Assembly (NCBI GenBank): GCA_964430355.1
Contig: CAYSFW010000047.1
Span: forward strand, 5,090 to 69,089
Origin: an uncultured Thiotrichales bacterium
GTDB lineage: Bacteria > Pseudomonadota > Gammaproteobacteria > UWMA-0217
Length of the DNA: 64,000 nt
Direction: 5' to 3'
Shown here piece by piece: positions 8,152-20,761 of this stretch. How positions within the stretch are numbered: position 1 is the first letter of the stretch; every line of letters begins with the position of its first letter. The notes beneath the pieces were generated by a model. It was not told the DNA's origin, searched no databases, and saw nothing but the letters and a program-made list of their open reading frames with translations. The translations under genes and the position numbers were made by a program.

Positions 8152-11100
8152 TGAGCGCGTCGCGGATGGGTATTTCCGGGCGCATCACGCAGAAGTTCCA
8201 GAACAACGCGATCACGCCGCTGCTGGCGCTGGTCGGGCTGCTGCTGGGGCTGTTCGCCGTGCTGGTGACGCCGCGTGAGGAAGAACCGCAGATCGACGTG
8301 ACCTTCGCCAATATCTTTGTGCCGTTTCCGGGCGCCTCGGCCGACGAGGTGGAAAACCTGGTGAGCGGACCGGCGGAGCAGGTGCTCTCCGAGATTACGG
8401 GCATCGAGCACGTCTATTCCTCGTCCTACCCGGGCCTGTCGGTGCTGACGGTGCAATACAAGGTGGGTGAGGACAACACCCAGGCGCTGGTGCGTCTGTA
8501 TAACAAGATTGCCTCGAACCAGGACTGGCTGCCGCGCAACCTCGGCGTGCAGCAACCGCTGATCAAACCCAAGGGTATTGATGACGTGCCCATCGTGACG
8601 GCGACGCTGTGGACCGAGGATCCCGAGCGCGGCGCCCACGAGCTACTGCACGTGGCGCACGCACTGGAGGCCGAGCTCAAGCGCGTACCCGGCACTCGCG
8701 ACATCTACACCCTCGGTGGGCCGGAGACCGTGGTTAGCGTGCGCCTCGATCCGGTCAAGCTGGCGGGCTACGGTATCTCGCTGAATGACCTGCGTTTCGC
8801 GCTGCTGGCGGCCAACGCCTCGCGCGATGCCGTGACGATGGTCGCAGACAACGAGGAGATTCAGGTGCAGGCCGGTGCCTTCATGACCACGCCTGAGGAA
8901 ATCGGCGGGCTGGTCGTCGGTGTGATGAACGGCAAGCCGGTCTACCTCAGTGATGTCGCCGAGGTGCGCTACGGTCCCGACCAGCCTGAGCGGTATGTGA
9001 CCTTCAGCCAAAAGGGCGTGGTCAGCGGCGCACCCGCGGTGACCATCGCCATTGCCAAGAAGCCCGGCGAAAATGCCGTCGAGATCGCTGATCAATTGAT
9101 CAAGCGCTTCGAGCAACTCAAAGGCATCTTCATCCCCGAGGGCGTCAACGTCGAGATCACCCGCAACTATGGCGAAACGGCCGACGCGAAGGCCAAGAAG
9201 CTCATCCAGAAGCTACTGTTTGCCACGCTGTCGGTCGTGGTGCTCGTGTGGCTCGCGATGGGTTGGCGTGAGGCGCTCATTGTCGGCGTGGCGATCGTCA
9301 TCACGCTGCTCATTACGCTGTTCGCCTCGTGGGCGTGGGGGTTCACGCTCAACCGCGTGTCACTGTTCGCGTTGATCTTTTCCATTGGCATTCTCGTGGA
9401 CGACGCGATCGTGGTGGTGGAGAACATCCACCGGCACATGCTGATGGGCGGCCGCAAGCTGCTTGAGGCGATCCCGATCGCGGTCGACGAGGTCGGTGGC
9501 CCGACGATCCTAGCAACCTTCACCGTGATCGCGGCGCTGCTGCCAATGGCTTTCGTCACCGGCCTGATGGGGCCGTATATGAGTCCAATCCCCATCAACG
9601 CCAGCATGGGTATGCTCATCTCGCTGGCAGTCGCCTACGTCGTGACGCCGTGGCTGACTTACAAGGTGCTGAAGAATGTCGACTTCAGCCACCCCCAAGG
9701 TGAGGCCGTTCCGCAGTGGCTGGCCAACCTGTTCGGCAAGGTCATGACACCGTTTTTGCGCGGCCGGGAAGGCCGGAGTAACCGCCACAAGCTGTATCTG
9801 GCCGTGATCGTGCTGATCGCCCTGTCGGTATCGCTCGCGGTGGTCAAGCTCGTCGTGCTGAAGATGCTGCCGTTCGACAACAAGTCCGAGTTCCAGGTGG
9901 TCGTGGACATGCCGGAAGGCACCAGTGTCGAGCAGACTAAGGCTGTGCTGGACCGGCTCGCCGCGCATCTTGAGACCGTGCCGGAGGTCGCCAACCTGCA
10001 GGTCTATGCGGGCACTGCCGCGCCGATCAATTTCAACGGTCTGGTGCGCCAGTACTACCTGCGCAAGGGCGCGAACATGGGCGACATCCAGGTCAACCTG
10101 GTGGACAAGCACCACCGCACGCGCAAGAGCCATGACATTGCGCTCGATGTGCGCGGTCCGCTGCAGGAGATCGGCAAGCCCTTCGGTGCCAACGTGAAGG
10201 TCGTCGAGGTGCCGCCGGGGCCGCCCGTGCTCTCTCCGATCGTCGCGGAGATCTACGGGCTCGACTACAACGGGCAGATCGACGTGGCCAAACAGGTGCG
10301 GCAGGTCTTCGAGAAGACCCCGGACATCACCGATGTCGATGACAGCGTCGAAGCTCCCGCGCCGCGCTACGTGCTGCACGTGGACCGGCAGAAGGCCGCG
10401 CTGCTCGGCCTGTCGCAGCAGGACGTCGCGCAGACCATCAGCGCCGTGCTGGGCGGAGAGGACGTGACTTTCATCCACGGTTCGAACGTTAAGTACGCCG
10501 TGCCGGTGCGGCTTGAGTTCAAGACGGAGGACAAGGCCGACATCGACCGCGTGCTCGACACCAAGATCCGCAGTCAGAGTGGGCAGCTCGTGCCCATGTC
10601 GGAAATCGTCCGGGTGGACCACGACACCCGTGAGCGTGCGATCCATCACAAGGACCTGCTGCCCGTGGTCTACGTCATGGGCGATATGGTGGGTGAGCTC
10701 GATAGCCCGTTGTACGGTATGTTCGAGATTTCAGGACAGCTACGCGACATGGAGATTGGCAAGGTCGGCAAGCTCGATCAATTCTTCACGCGCCAGCCGG
10801 ACAATCCTTACCTCTACAGCCTGAAGTGGGACGGGGAATGGCAGGTGACCTACGAGACCTTCCGCGACATGGGCATTGCCTATGCGGTGGGTATGGTCCT
10901 GATCTACCTGCTCGTGGTCGCGCAATTCCGCTCCTACGCCGTGCCGCTCGTCATCATGGCGCCCATCCCGCTGACCATCATCGGCGTGATGCCCGGCCAT
11001 GCGCTCCTCGGCGCGAAGTTCACCGCCACCTCGATGATCGGCATGATCGCGCTGGCTGGGATCATCGTGCGTAACTCCATTTTGCTCGTGGACTTCATCA

Positions 11101-11372
11101 ACGAGCAGGTGCGCGCAGGCATGGATCTGCAACAGGCCGTCATCCAGGCCGGGGCCGTGCGCTCGAAGCCGATCGTGCTGACAGGGGTTGCCGCCATGCT
11201 CGGCGCGTTCTTCATCCTCGATGACCCGATCTTCAGCGGGCTGGCCATCTCGCTGATCTTCGGCCTGTTCGTCTCGACGCTGCTGACGTTGGTGGTGATC
11301 CCCGTGCTCTATTACGCCTACGTCAACAAGCGGGTGGACAAGGTCATCCTGAGGGATCAGGCTGCGGCGTGA
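8148..11372 (+). CDS. RND efflux transporter permease (AcrB/AcrD/AcrF family)
   Basis: 1074 aa with 12 TM helices, two large periplasmic loops and family-typical motifs throughout. Confidence 0.95.
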   Translation: MMSASRMGISGRITQKFQNNAITPLLALVGLLLGLFAVLVTPREEEPQIDVTFANIFVPFPGASADEVENLVSGPAEQVLSEITGIEHVYSSSYPGLSVLTVQYKVGEDNTQALVRLYNKIASNQDWLPRNLGVQQPLIKPKGIDDVPIVTATLWTEDPERGAHELLHVAHALEAELKRVPGTRDIYTLGGPETVVSVRLDPVKLAGYGISLNDLRFALLAANASRDAVTMVADNEEIQVQAGAFMTTPEEIGGLVVGVMNGKPVYLSDVAEVRYGPDQPERYVTFSQKGVVSGAPAVTIAIAKKPGENAVEIADQLIKRFEQLKGIFIPEGVNVEITRNYGETADAKAKKLIQKLLFATLSVVVLVWLAMGWREALIVGVAIVITLLITLFASWAWGFTLNRVSLFALIFSIGILVDDAIVVVENIHRHMLMGGRKLLEAIPIAVDEVGGPTILATFTVIAALLPMAFVTGLMGPYMSPIPINASMGMLISLAVAYVVTPWLTYKVLKNVDFSHPQGEAVPQWLANLFGKVMTPFLRGREGRSNRHKLYLAVIVLIALSVSLAVVKLVVLKMLPFDNKSEFQVVVDMPEGTSVEQTKAVLDRLAAHLETVPEVANLQVYAGTAAPINFNGLVRQYYLRKGANMGDIQVNLVDKHHRTRKSHDIALDVRGPLQEIGKPFGANVKVVEVPPGPPVLSPIVAEIYGLDYNGQIDVAKQVRQVFEKTPDITDVDDSVEAPAPRYVLHVDRQKAALLGLSQQDVAQTISAVLGGEDVTFIHGSNVKYAVPVRLEFKTEDKADIDRVLDTKIRSQSGQLVPMSEIVRVDHDTRERAIHHKDLLPVVYVMGDMVGELDSPLYGMFEISGQLRDMEIGKVGKLDQFFTRQPDNPYLYSLKWDGEWQVTYETFRDMGIAYAVGMVLIYLLVVAQFRSYAVPLVIMAPIPLTIIGVMPGHALLGAKFTATSMIGMIALAGIIVRNSILLVDFINEQVRAGMDLQQAVIQAGAVRSKPIVLTGVAAMLGAFFILDDPIFSGLAISLIFGLFVSTLLTLVVIPVLYYAYVNKRVDKVILRDQAAA

Positions 11373-11385
11373 GTTCGCCTGCGAC

Positions 11386-11408
11386 GCGGCCCGGCGCGTC
11401 CGGGCCGC
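11386..11408. terminator. hairpin GCGGCCCGG-cgcgt-CCGGGCCGC downstream of the RND pump
   Basis: Perfect 9-bp GC stem 14 nt after the pump stop. There is no U-tract, as is common in GC-rich genomes. Confidence 0.4.
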
Positions 11409-11491
11409 CTCTCCCACACCGAGTGTGGCAGGCGGGGTTTCGGGCTAGAATGCCCGGCCTGACTTTCTGATTGCACGAGTCCCCACGCCGT

Positions 11492-12052
11492 ATGACCGCG
11501 AATGCTGAGCACCTGGTCTGGATCGATCTGGAAATGACCGGGCTCGACCCGCAAACGGACGTGATCATCGAGATCGCGACACTGGTCACGGACAAAGAGC
11601 TCAACCCCCTCGCGGAAGGTCCGGTTCTGGCGATCCACCAGGACGAGGCCGCGCTCGCGCGCATGGATGAGTGGAACCGCAAGACGCATGGTGCATCGGG
11701 GCTGCTCGAGCGCGTGCGGGCCAGTGACGTTGGCGTTCAGGAGGCCGAGGCGCGAACACTCGAGTTCCTGCGGCAGTGGGTACCGGAGCGCGCCTCACCC
11801 ATGTGCGGCAATAGCATTTGTCAGGATCGGCGTTTCCTTGCGCGCTACATGCCGCGGCTGGAGGCCTTTTTCCACTATCGCAATCTCGACGTGAGCACGC
11901 TCAAAGAGCTCGCGCGCCGCTGGCAGCCCGAGGTCGTCAAGGCCGTCAAGAAGCAGTCCCGGCATCTTGCGCTCGACGATATTCGCGAGTCGATTGCCGA
12001 GCTACAGCATTACCGCGAAACGCTGTTCCGCACGCCGGCCTCCCGCACCTGA
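11492..12052 (+). CDS. orn: oligoribonuclease
   Basis: DEDDh exonuclease motifs ([13 protein letters not shown]...). About 186 aa from MTANAE. Confidence 0.9.
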   Translation: MTANAEHLVWIDLEMTGLDPQTDVIIEIATLVTDKELNPLAEGPVLAIHQDEAALARMDEWNRKTHGASGLLERVRASDVGVQEAEARTLEFLRQWVPERASPMCGNSICQDRRFLARYMPRLEAFFHYRNLDVSTLKELARRWQPEVVKAVKKQSRHLALDDIRESIAELQHYRETLFRTPASRT

Positions 12053-13509
12053 GCCTGAGGCATCCGCTCGGCCTCGCCAACGAGGGCATCGATGACTTTC
12101 ACGACCTCCGGATCGTCCCAGGCAATCGCGCTGTTGACCGAGTAACGGATACGGCCATCGGCGTCGATGAGGAATGACGAGGGAAATGCGAACACCCTCC
12201 ACAGGGCCGCCACTTGAGCATCGAGGTCGAGCAGGACGGGGAATTCCACGAGGATGCGACGCTGGAAGGCCCGGATGTCGGCAGCCGTCTCGCGGAAGTT
12301 GATGGAGATGATCTGAAAACGCTCCGGCGGGTAGTTTTTCGCCAGCCGGTTCATGGAGGGGATCTCCTCGACGCAGGGCGGACACCAGCTTGCCCAGAAG
12401 TTTACCAGCAACACCGCGCCTCGGTGCTCGGCGAGCACCCAGTTCTTGCCGTCGAGGTCAGCAAGCTCGAAACCCGGGGCAGGCCGGGGCGGATTCCAGG
12501 CGACCAGACCGCGTGTCTCCGCGGTCTTGCGCGCCGCACGTTCCTCGGGGAGGGGCAATGCGGCCGTGGGTTTCGGGCTCATGCGCAGCAGGCGCCGGGC
12601 GCCTTCCAGATGTGCGGGCAAGCGCTCGATCCAGCGCTGGGCGCTCGCGGGTTCCGGCTCGTCATCGTGGTGCATGAAGTACCAGTCGCGCACGCCCGGT
12701 TGCAGCCAGACATAGGCCGGACTGCCGGCGCCAAGCAGTGCCGCCTGCACGTCGGCGAGCATGCCGCGCATCTGCCCGCGCTCGGGCTGGAAGATGAAAA
12801 CGGGGTAGTTAGTCGCCGCCACGATCGGTTCCAGTGGCGCTTCGTCGCCTGCGACAGGGGTAAACGCGTGCAGGGTGGGGAAGAACAGGATCGCGCCATC
12901 GACGCGCGACAGGTCGCCCGCCCGGCTTTGCCAGTCGCGCAACCCCTTGAGGACGGGGATGGCCATCTGCCCCCCGGCCACGAGCACGACCCGCTTGCGC
13001 GTGCGCTCGAGCGCGGCGTCGATCAGCGCGCGCACATGCGCAGCATCGAGCTGGCGCACATTGTCGGCCGTGCGCGGCAGGAACAGCGATTCGAGCAGAT
13101 CGACCAGCCAGATTTCCGATCCCCGCTCGCGCAGGCGTTCCAGGGTGCGCTGAAAGCTCGGCCGCGCCCCGGTGCGGTAGGACTCCGTAAACCACAGGAT
13201 GAGCTCATCACCTTGGGCGGGTAACTGACGCACCGTGAGCCGCTCGCCGGCCACACTTTCGACCTCGAATTCGCCTGCGGCGAGTGGACCGCTCGAGAGG
13301 ATGAAGACAAGCCACGCCAGCGCCAAAAAGAGTCCGTGGCGCGGTTGGCCCCGTTCACCCCGTGTTGCACCCTCGCGTTGCACGGCACGACCCGTCACCG
13401 GTCTCCGCGAGCCTTGCGTAAGCCGTTCCGAGCGACCTCCGTCGGGGCCTGCGCCGCGCCGTGCGGATTCGCGCAGGGCAACTTCGCGTGCTTCACGCCG
13501 CTCGCTCAT
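12010..13509 (-). CDS. two-domain periplasmic protein: N-terminal domain of unknown function fused to a C-terminal TlpA/ResA-like thioredoxin (WCPPC)
   Basis: The C-terminal 150 aa has the thioredoxin fold with a WCPPC active site. The approximately 300-aa N-terminal domain is unassigned. The first 55 codons are Arg-rich and look like noncoding translation. The real start is probably near the hydrophobic [15 protein letters not shown] segment (about 13,330). The 3' end overlaps orn by 43 bp. Confidence 0.55.
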   Translation of the reverse strand: MSERREAREVALRESARRGAGPDGGRSERLTQGSRRPVTGRAVQREGATRGERGQPRHGLFLALAWLVFILSSGPLAAGEFEVESVAGERLTVRQLPAQGDELILWFTESYRTGARPSFQRTLERLRERGSEIWLVDLLESLFLPRTADNVRQLDAAHVRALIDAALERTRKRVVLVAGGQMAIPVLKGLRDWQSRAGDLSRVDGAILFFPTLHAFTPVAGDEAPLEPIVAATNYPVFIFQPERGQMRGMLADVQAALLGAGSPAYVWLQPGVRDWYFMHHDDEPEPASAQRWIERLPAHLEGARRLLRMSPKPTAALPLPEERAARKTAETRGLVAWNPPRPAPGFELADLDGKNWVLAEHRGAVLLVNFWASWCPPCVEEIPSMNRLAKNYPPERFQIISINFRETAADIRAFQRRILVEFPVLLDLDAQVAALWRVFAFPSSFLIDADGRIRYSVNSAIAWDDPEVVKVIDALVGEAERMPQAQVREAGVRNSVSR

Positions 13510-13576
13510 GGAATTGGCGATTCCCTATACTGGATGGCATTGGGTGAGGTCATTTGAAACGGAGCGTGCTGTGTCC

Positions 13577-13777
13577 ATGCAAAAGGTACTGTTGCTGGCC
13601 GGAGGCGTGCTGATCGTGCTCGGGCTGCTCTGGCCGTGGCTCGCAAAGTTGCCGCTGGGCCGCCTGCCGGGGGATATCGTAATCGAGCGGCCAGGATTCA
13701 GCTTCTTTTTCCCCCTGACCACGGCGATTATCATCAGTGTGGTGATCTCCGTCATTTTGTGGATCCTGCGCAGATGA
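13577..13777 (+). CDS. DUF2905 family small membrane protein
   Basis: 66 aa, two TM helices, with the PLGRLPGDIVIERPGFSFFFP motif. Confidence 0.65.
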   Translation: MQKVLLLAGGVLIVLGLLWPWLAKLPLGRLPGDIVIERPGFSFFFPLTTAIIISVVISVILWILRR

Positions 13778-13853
13778 TGGGCCGCTCGAGGTCCACCTGA
13801 GCCACCTGTGTGAAGCCCCAACGTCCGTTGTTGCCCGAGCAAGGAGTCACTGG

Positions 13854-14924
13854 ATGTTCGCAACCGATTCCCTCCTCGACCGTCCCGCCAGCGAGGCGAT
13901 CGCGCAGCTCCTCGAAGCGCAGCTCGACGTGGCGCGGGCGTGCGTGGCCAAGCTCAAGCACGGTGAGGACCCGGAGGCGCTGCACGACTTTCGTGTCGCC
14001 TTACGCCGCTTCCGCAGCATCGCCTCGATGTTCCCCGAGTACGGCCGTCGCTTGGTGGGGCGCAAGCGGCTCAAGGCGCTCAAGCGTCTGGCGCGAGGGA
14101 CGAACGAAGCGCGTGATGCCGAGGTGCGACTGCACTGGATCGAGGGCAACGAGGCAATCATTCCTGATGATGCCGACTTCCATACGGGCTACGTGACGTT
14201 GCACGATGCCTTCGCGGCCGAGTATCAGGAGCTTGCCGCCGCCCTGCGCAAGCCATTGAGGCGTCGTTTCAAGCAACTGCGCGAGCGGATGCTCTCCCGC
14301 ATGAAAAAGGCTCGCCGGATGGAGTCCCCCCGTTTCGGCGAGCTGCTCGCCACGGCCAGCGAGGCGCTCACCGAGGCGTTCCGTGACCAGCTTTCGCGAC
14401 TGCGCGGGGAGCGCGACGGCGCGGCGGTGCACCGTGCGCGCATCCTGGCCAAACGGATGCGTTACCTGCTCGAGCCGGTGACGGGTGAAGTCGGCGCAGC
14501 CGCGCGTGCCGTCGGCTTGCTGAAGGATTTGCAGACCGAACTCGGCGACCTGCACGATGCACTGCTGCGCAAAGAGGAAATGCTCGAGACGAGCCGTCGG
14601 ACGGGATCGCTGATCTACCACGGCTTGATGGTGGAGATCCTGGAGCATGGTCAGGCGTTGCAGGATCTCGACACCCGGATCATACGTCCGTCGCTAAAGG
14701 GGGTGCTGTGCATCGCGGACCATCTGCGCGAGCAGGTGGAAGCCGGTTTCGAGCAGCTTGCGCGCAAACTCGATGCGGATTATGTCGAGCGGCTGCTTGG
14801 TGAGTTAGAACAGGTGCCGGTTGAGCTGCGGGCCCTGTTGCCGCCGGATCCGGGCGCTGACGCCGACCCTCCGCCACCGCAACCCGAGACGGCAGCGACG
14901 CCCGAGCCCATGCAGGCCGCCTGA
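13854..14924 (+). CDS. CHAD domain-containing protein
   Basis: All-helical, with conserved His/Arg ladders (HDFRVALRRFRS..., LRYLLE...) typical of CHAD. Confidence 0.7.
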   Translation: MFATDSLLDRPASEAIAQLLEAQLDVARACVAKLKHGEDPEALHDFRVALRRFRSIASMFPEYGRRLVGRKRLKALKRLARGTNEARDAEVRLHWIEGNEAIIPDDADFHTGYVTLHDAFAAEYQELAAALRKPLRRRFKQLRERMLSRMKKARRMESPRFGELLATASEALTEAFRDQLSRLRGERDGAAVHRARILAKRMRYLLEPVTGEVGAAARAVGLLKDLQTELGDLHDALLRKEEMLETSRRTGSLIYHGLMVEILEHGQALQDLDTRIIRPSLKGVLCIADHLREQVEAGFEQLARKLDADYVERLLGELEQVPVELRALLPPDPGADADPPPPQPETAATPEPMQAA

Positions 14925-14935
14925 GCTGAGTTGCC

Positions 14936-15910
14936 ATGCGGCTCGATGTGCTGCTCACCCACAAGCGCAACAACCAGTTGCAGACGGCACTCATGCTCGC
15001 AGGCATTTCCGGAACGCTCGCGCTGGTGGGGTGGTCTTTTGGCGGTTTGCCGCTGATGTTCGGTTTGCTCGCCGCGGGCGGACTCATCGTGTGGCTGACG
15101 CCCAAACTGGCTCCGGCCGTCGTCCTGCGTATGTACAAGGCCGTCCCGCTGGGACTCAGCAATGCCCCAGGGTTGATCGCTGTCGTTGAAGAACTCGCGG
15201 CACGTGCCGGCCTCGAGCAGGTTCCCAAGCTCTACTACGTCCCGAGCGCGGTCTTGAACGCCTTTGCGGTCGGCGATCGCGACCATGCGGCGATCGCCGT
15301 GACCGATGGGCTGCTGCGCAGCCTCGACGATCGGGAGCTTACTGGCGTGCTGGCCCACGAAATGACCCATATCCGCAACAATGACCTGCAGGTGATGGCG
15401 CTCGCGGATGCCCTCTCACGGTTGACGCACAGCTTCTCGTTGGTGGGCCAGCTCATGGTGCTCATCAACCTCCCCATCCTGCTCGCCGGTGGGCAGACGA
15501 TCTCGTGGGTGGGCATGCTGCTTCTGGTCTTCGCACCGCAGATCACCGCGCTGATGCAGCTCGGGCTGTCCCGGGCGCGCGAGTACGACGCGGATCTGGG
15601 TGCCGTGGAGCTGACGGGCGATCCGCGCGGACTCGCCTCGGCGCTTAGCAAGCTGGAATACCACTCGGCCGGGCTGTTCGAGCGCGTGTTCATGCCGGGG
15701 CGCCGAAACCCCGACCCCTCGCTGTTGCGCACGCACCCCCGTACCGAGGACCGTATCGCACGGCTGCTGGCACTTGAGAGTCGCCCGGCGGTGGCCGCCC
15801 GGAGGGCTTACCTCGCTGAGGATGAGCCCCTCGATCTGGAGGAGCTCGTGCGCGTGTTGGGCGGCGCGCCGCCGCGTCCCCGTCGCCACTTCAACGGCCT
15901 GTGGTACTGA
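14936..15910 (+). CDS. htpX: M48-family zinc metalloprotease (HtpX-like)
   Basis: HEMTHI HExxH motif, four TM segments and a downstream Glu ligand. Confidence 0.8.
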   Translation: MRLDVLLTHKRNNQLQTALMLAGISGTLALVGWSFGGLPLMFGLLAAGGLIVWLTPKLAPAVVLRMYKAVPLGLSNAPGLIAVVEELAARAGLEQVPKLYYVPSAVLNAFAVGDRDHAAIAVTDGLLRSLDDRELTGVLAHEMTHIRNNDLQVMALADALSRLTHSFSLVGQLMVLINLPILLAGGQTISWVGMLLLVFAPQITALMQLGLSRAREYDADLGAVELTGDPRGLASALSKLEYHSAGLFERVFMPGRRNPDPSLLRTHPRTEDRIARLLALESRPAVAARRAYLAEDEPLDLEELVRVLGGAPPRPRRHFNGLWY

Positions 15911-16069
15911 CCCCGATGCTGCCTGTGGACCGGTGCGTGGAGGGTGGGCCACTCCGGCTTCTCCGGAACCAGGCGTATGGGGTACAGCGAGTGGCTTGCG
16001 GCGCGACACCGCGGATAGCGGGCTGGTGCAGGCACAGGCATACCTGCCGCACGGTGCCCTCTGGCCAGA

Positions 16070-16599
16070 TTGTCTGACGCATCGTCGATGGCCCAACCGT
16101 TCAATGCTATCCGTTTCTCGCGCCGTTACTTGCGCTTTCTGCCGGAGGCCCGGCGGCTCGAACTGTTTCCGCCATTCTGGTGGATGGGCGTCAAGGTACT
16201 GGAGCTGTCGCCGGATTGGGGCAGGGTGAGGTTGCGTCTGCCACTGAACTGGCGGTCTCGCAATCTCGGCGGGGCGATGTTTGGGGGTTACCAGGCTTCG
16301 CTCGCGGACCCGATCGCTGCGCTGGCCTGCGCGCGGCGCTTCGCCGGGTATGACGTGTGGACGCGCAAGCTGACGCTGGATTTCCGTAGGCCCGGAACGG
16401 CCGACCTCGAGCTGCGCTTCGAGTTCCCGCCGACACTCGATGAGCGCATCGCGGAGGACTTACGCGAGCGGCACCGCAGCGATCCGCAGTTCGAGTACGG
16501 CTTCTATCTGCCGGACGGCACGCAGTGCACCGTAATTCACTGCACGGTAGCCATCCGCGAGCGAGGGTACGGCAGGCGGTTTGGTGTCGGCAGCGCGAG

Positions 16600-16603
<4 letters not shown>
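16070..16603 (+). CDS. hotdog-fold thioesterase-like protein (YiiD C-terminal/DUF4442-like)
   Basis: About 170 aa. Pattern and length fit the hotdog fold. The assignment is by recall only. Confidence 0.4.
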
Positions 16604-17817
<1,214 letters not shown>

Positions 17818-18143
17818 GACGCCTCAACCACTCCGTCTAAGGGAACGCTAATCAGCCCGTTGGATGGATGAGCGGCTGCGCCCGCCCATCGGCCTGCATG
17901 ATGTCCTGATAGGGAACGCCACGCCATGCGGGCTTGATCCCCGGCGTTCGCTCGGCAGGCCAACGGTGCGCCGTCCACATCCGCCCAGGTCGGATTCACG
18001 AACCCCACGCTCGCTAGATTCATCCGCGGCCTGTCGCGGCATGGCCGCACGATGACGGCGAGCGTCAGCAGCAGCCGGTCATGCGCGTTCATGTTCGTTG
18101 CCGGAACCCGAGGCATTCTTCATTCTTCGTTTGCGGCGCGTAA

Positions 18144-18659
18144 CTAGAAATCTGCCGTCGAGGTGAACAACCCGACTTTCAGGTCGGTGGCCGTGTAGAT
18201 TTCCCTGCCATCGACGGAAACCGAACCATCAGCGATGCCCATGACCAATTTGCGCTGAATGACACGCTTGAGGTCCAGCCGATAGGTCACCTTGTGCGCC
18301 GTTGGCAGAATCTGGCCAAAAAATTTCACTTCGCCCGCCCCGAGCGCGCGGCCTCGCCCCGGGTTGCCCAACCAGCCAAGGAAGAACCCCACGAGCTGCC
18401 ACAGCGCGTCGAGGCCAAGACAACCCGGCATGACAGGGTCCCCCCGGAAGTGGCACTCGAAAAACCAGAGGTCTGGATGGATGTCGAGCTCTGCTGTGAT
18501 CTCGCCCTTGCCATACTTGCCACCCGTGTCGGAAATCAGGGTGATGCGGTCCATCATCAGCATGTTGGGCAGCGGTAGCTGCGCATTGCCGGGGCCAAAC
18601 ATCTCGCCCATCGCGCACTGAATGAGTTCTTCTCGTGTAAAGGCGTTGGGTCGAGTCAT
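18144..18659 (-). CDS. fabA: 3-hydroxydecanoyl-ACP dehydratase/isomerase
   Basis: 171 aa with strong FabA identity (PNMLMMDRI..., [16 protein letters not shown]). Confidence 0.95.
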   Translation of the reverse strand: MTRPNAFTREELIQCAMGEMFGPGNAQLPLPNMLMMDRITLISDTGGKYGKGEITAELDIHPDLWFFECHFRGDPVMPGCLGLDALWQLVGFFLGWLGNPGRGRALGAGEVKFFGQILPTAHKVTYRLDLKRVIQRKLVMGIADGSVSVDGREIYTATDLKVGLFTSTADF

Positions 18660-18962
18660 CAGGGCGCGCTTCCGCTCGTTTCAATCGAATAGCACACTTT
18701 ATTACATCCCAGGCAAAATCTCTAACGGTTGGCATGGGCCCAACGCCGCGATGCGCGGCACGTTGCGCCTCGGCGCGCCGTGCCGGAACGAAATCACGCG
18801 GCTTTGGAACGCTGCGGCCTTTGTGGTATAAAACGCGCGCCCCGCAAACGGGGCAAATCCGCACCCGCGGCCATACGCTCCACTGGGTGCCATCCGCAGC
18901 GATGGTGGTGTGAGCGGGACGCGGGGAGGCATCAACCCAGACACATTGGAGATTCTTGATTC

Positions 18963-19712
18963 ATGGCAACCGTTACCATGCGCCAGATGCTTGAGGCTGG
19001 CGTGCACTTCGGACACCAGACGCGCTACTGGAACCCAAAGATGCGCGAGTACATCTTTGGCGAGCGCAACAAGATCCACATCATCAACCTCGAGAAGTCG
19101 TTGCCGATGTTCGAGGATGCGCTGAACTTCATGGGGCGCTTGGCCTCGAAGAACGGCAAGATCCTGATGGTGGGCACAAAGCGTTCGGCGCGTGACGTCA
19201 TCAAGGAGGAGGCGACCCGCTGTGGCATGCCGTACGTCAATCAGCGCTGGCTGGGCGGAATGCTTACCAACTTCCGCACGATCCGCGCATCGATCAAGCG
19301 CCTGAAGGACCTCGAGACCATGCAGTCGGACGGCACCTTCGCCCGTCTCACCAAGAAAGAGGCGCTGATGCGTCAGCGCGAGCTGGAAAAGCTCGAAAAA
19401 AGCATCGGCGGCATCAAGGAGATGCGTGGCCTGCCGGACGCGATGTTTGTCATCGACGTCGGCTACGAGAAGATCGCGGTTAGCGAGGCCAACAAGCTGG
19501 GCATCCCCGTGGTGGCCGTGGTGGATTCGAACAACTCCCCGGACGGCGTCGATTACGTCATCCCGGGCAACGATGACGCCATGCGCGCCATTCAGCTTTA
19601 CGTCACCGCTGCTGCGGATGCGATCCTCGAGGGCAAGAGCGTTGCCGCCACGACGGCTGGCACCGCTGACGAGTTCGTCGAGGTTGACGAAGGCGCCGCG
19701 CAGGCAGGGTGA
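18963..19712 (+). CDS. rpsB: 30S ribosomal protein S2
   Basis: [27 protein letters not shown], a canonical S2. Confidence 0.97.
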   Translation: MATVTMRQMLEAGVHFGHQTRYWNPKMREYIFGERNKIHIINLEKSLPMFEDALNFMGRLASKNGKILMVGTKRSARDVIKEEATRCGMPYVNQRWLGGMLTNFRTIRASIKRLKDLETMQSDGTFARLTKKEALMRQRELEKLEKSIGGIKEMRGLPDAMFVIDVGYEKIAVSEANKLGIPVVAVVDSNNSPDGVDYVIPGNDDAMRAIQLYVTAAADAILEGKSVAATTAGTADEFVEVDEGAAQAG

Positions 19713-19879
19713 TCCGCCGGGTGGGGCGCGGCCAGTTGGTCGTGCCGCACGCCGGGCCACAACATGAAGTTCAAGCGCCGGTCGTCCGAGGCGGCCGGTG
19801 TCCCACAGCTCAGCGGGTCCCGGGCGGTTTGTCGGCGTGGGCGCGGGGCTGGCATGACGAATGACAGGAGCAACACAGC

Positions 19880-20761
19880 ATGCAGATTTCAGCGGCAATG
19901 GTTAAGGAACTCCGCGAGCGGACTGGCGCGGGGATGATGGAGTGCAAGAAGGCGCTGGCCGAAAGCAACGGCGACATGGAGGCGGCGATCGAGGCGATGC
20001 GCAAGTCGGGCGCTGCGAAGGCCGTCAAGAAGGCGGGGCGGATTGCCGCGGATGGTCAGGTGGTCATCGCGATTTCGCCGGACGCCAAACGCGCTTCGAT
20101 CATCGAGATAAACTGCGAAACCGATTTCGTGGCGAAGGATGAAAACTTCAACGGCTTCGCCCAGAGCGTCGTCGCGAAGGCCTTGGCGGTCGGCGCGAAC
20201 GACGTCGAAGCCCTCGCCAACGAAACGCTCGATAGCGGCGAGACGATAGCCGCCACCCGTGAGCAGCTCGTGGCGAAAATCGGCGAGAACATTCAGCTGC
20301 GCCGCGTCGAAACGCTCACCTCGGCTACGGGCACGTTCGCTGCGTACCGTCACGGCACTCGGATTGGTGTGCTGGTGGAGATGGAAGGCGGCAACGAGGC
20401 GCTCGCACGTGACATCGCAATGCACATCGCGGCGAGCCGTCCGGTGTGTGTGGATGAGGGCAGTGTGTCGGCCGAGCTGCTGGAGAAAGAGAAGGAGCTG
20501 TTCCGCGCACAGGCCGCCGAATCCGGCAAACCTGCCGACGTCGTCGAGAAGATGATCTCCGGCCGGATCAAGAAATATCTCGGCGAGATCACGCTGCTTG
20601 GTCAGCCCTTCGTCAAGGACACGGAGAAATCCGTCGGCAAGCTTCTCCAGGAAAGTGGCGCCAAAGTGTTGCGTTTCGTGCGCTACGAGGTCGGCGAGGG
20701 CATCGAGAAGCGCCAGGAGAACTTTGCCGAGGAGGTCATGGCCCAGGCACGCGGCCACTAG
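19880..20761 (+). CDS. tsf: elongation factor Ts
   Basis: MQISAAMVKELRERTGAGMMECKKAL, canonical EF-Ts. Confidence 0.97.
   Translation: MQISAAMVKELRERTGAGMMECKKALAESNGDMEAAIEAMRKSGAAKAVKKAGRIAADGQVVIAISPDAKRASIIEINCETDFVAKDENFNGFAQSVVAKALAVGANDVEALANETLDSGETIAATREQLVAKIGENIQLRRVETLTSATGTFAAYRHGTRIGVLVEMEGGNEALARDIAMHIAASRPVCVDEGSVSAELLEKEKELFRAQAAESGKPADVVEKMISGRIKKYLGEITLLGQPFVKDTEKSVGKLLQESGAKVLRFVRYEVGEGIEKRQENFAEEVMAQARGH

Noticed and set aside
9510-10649. 379-aa ORF on the - strand
   Set aside because: Antisense to the RND pump.
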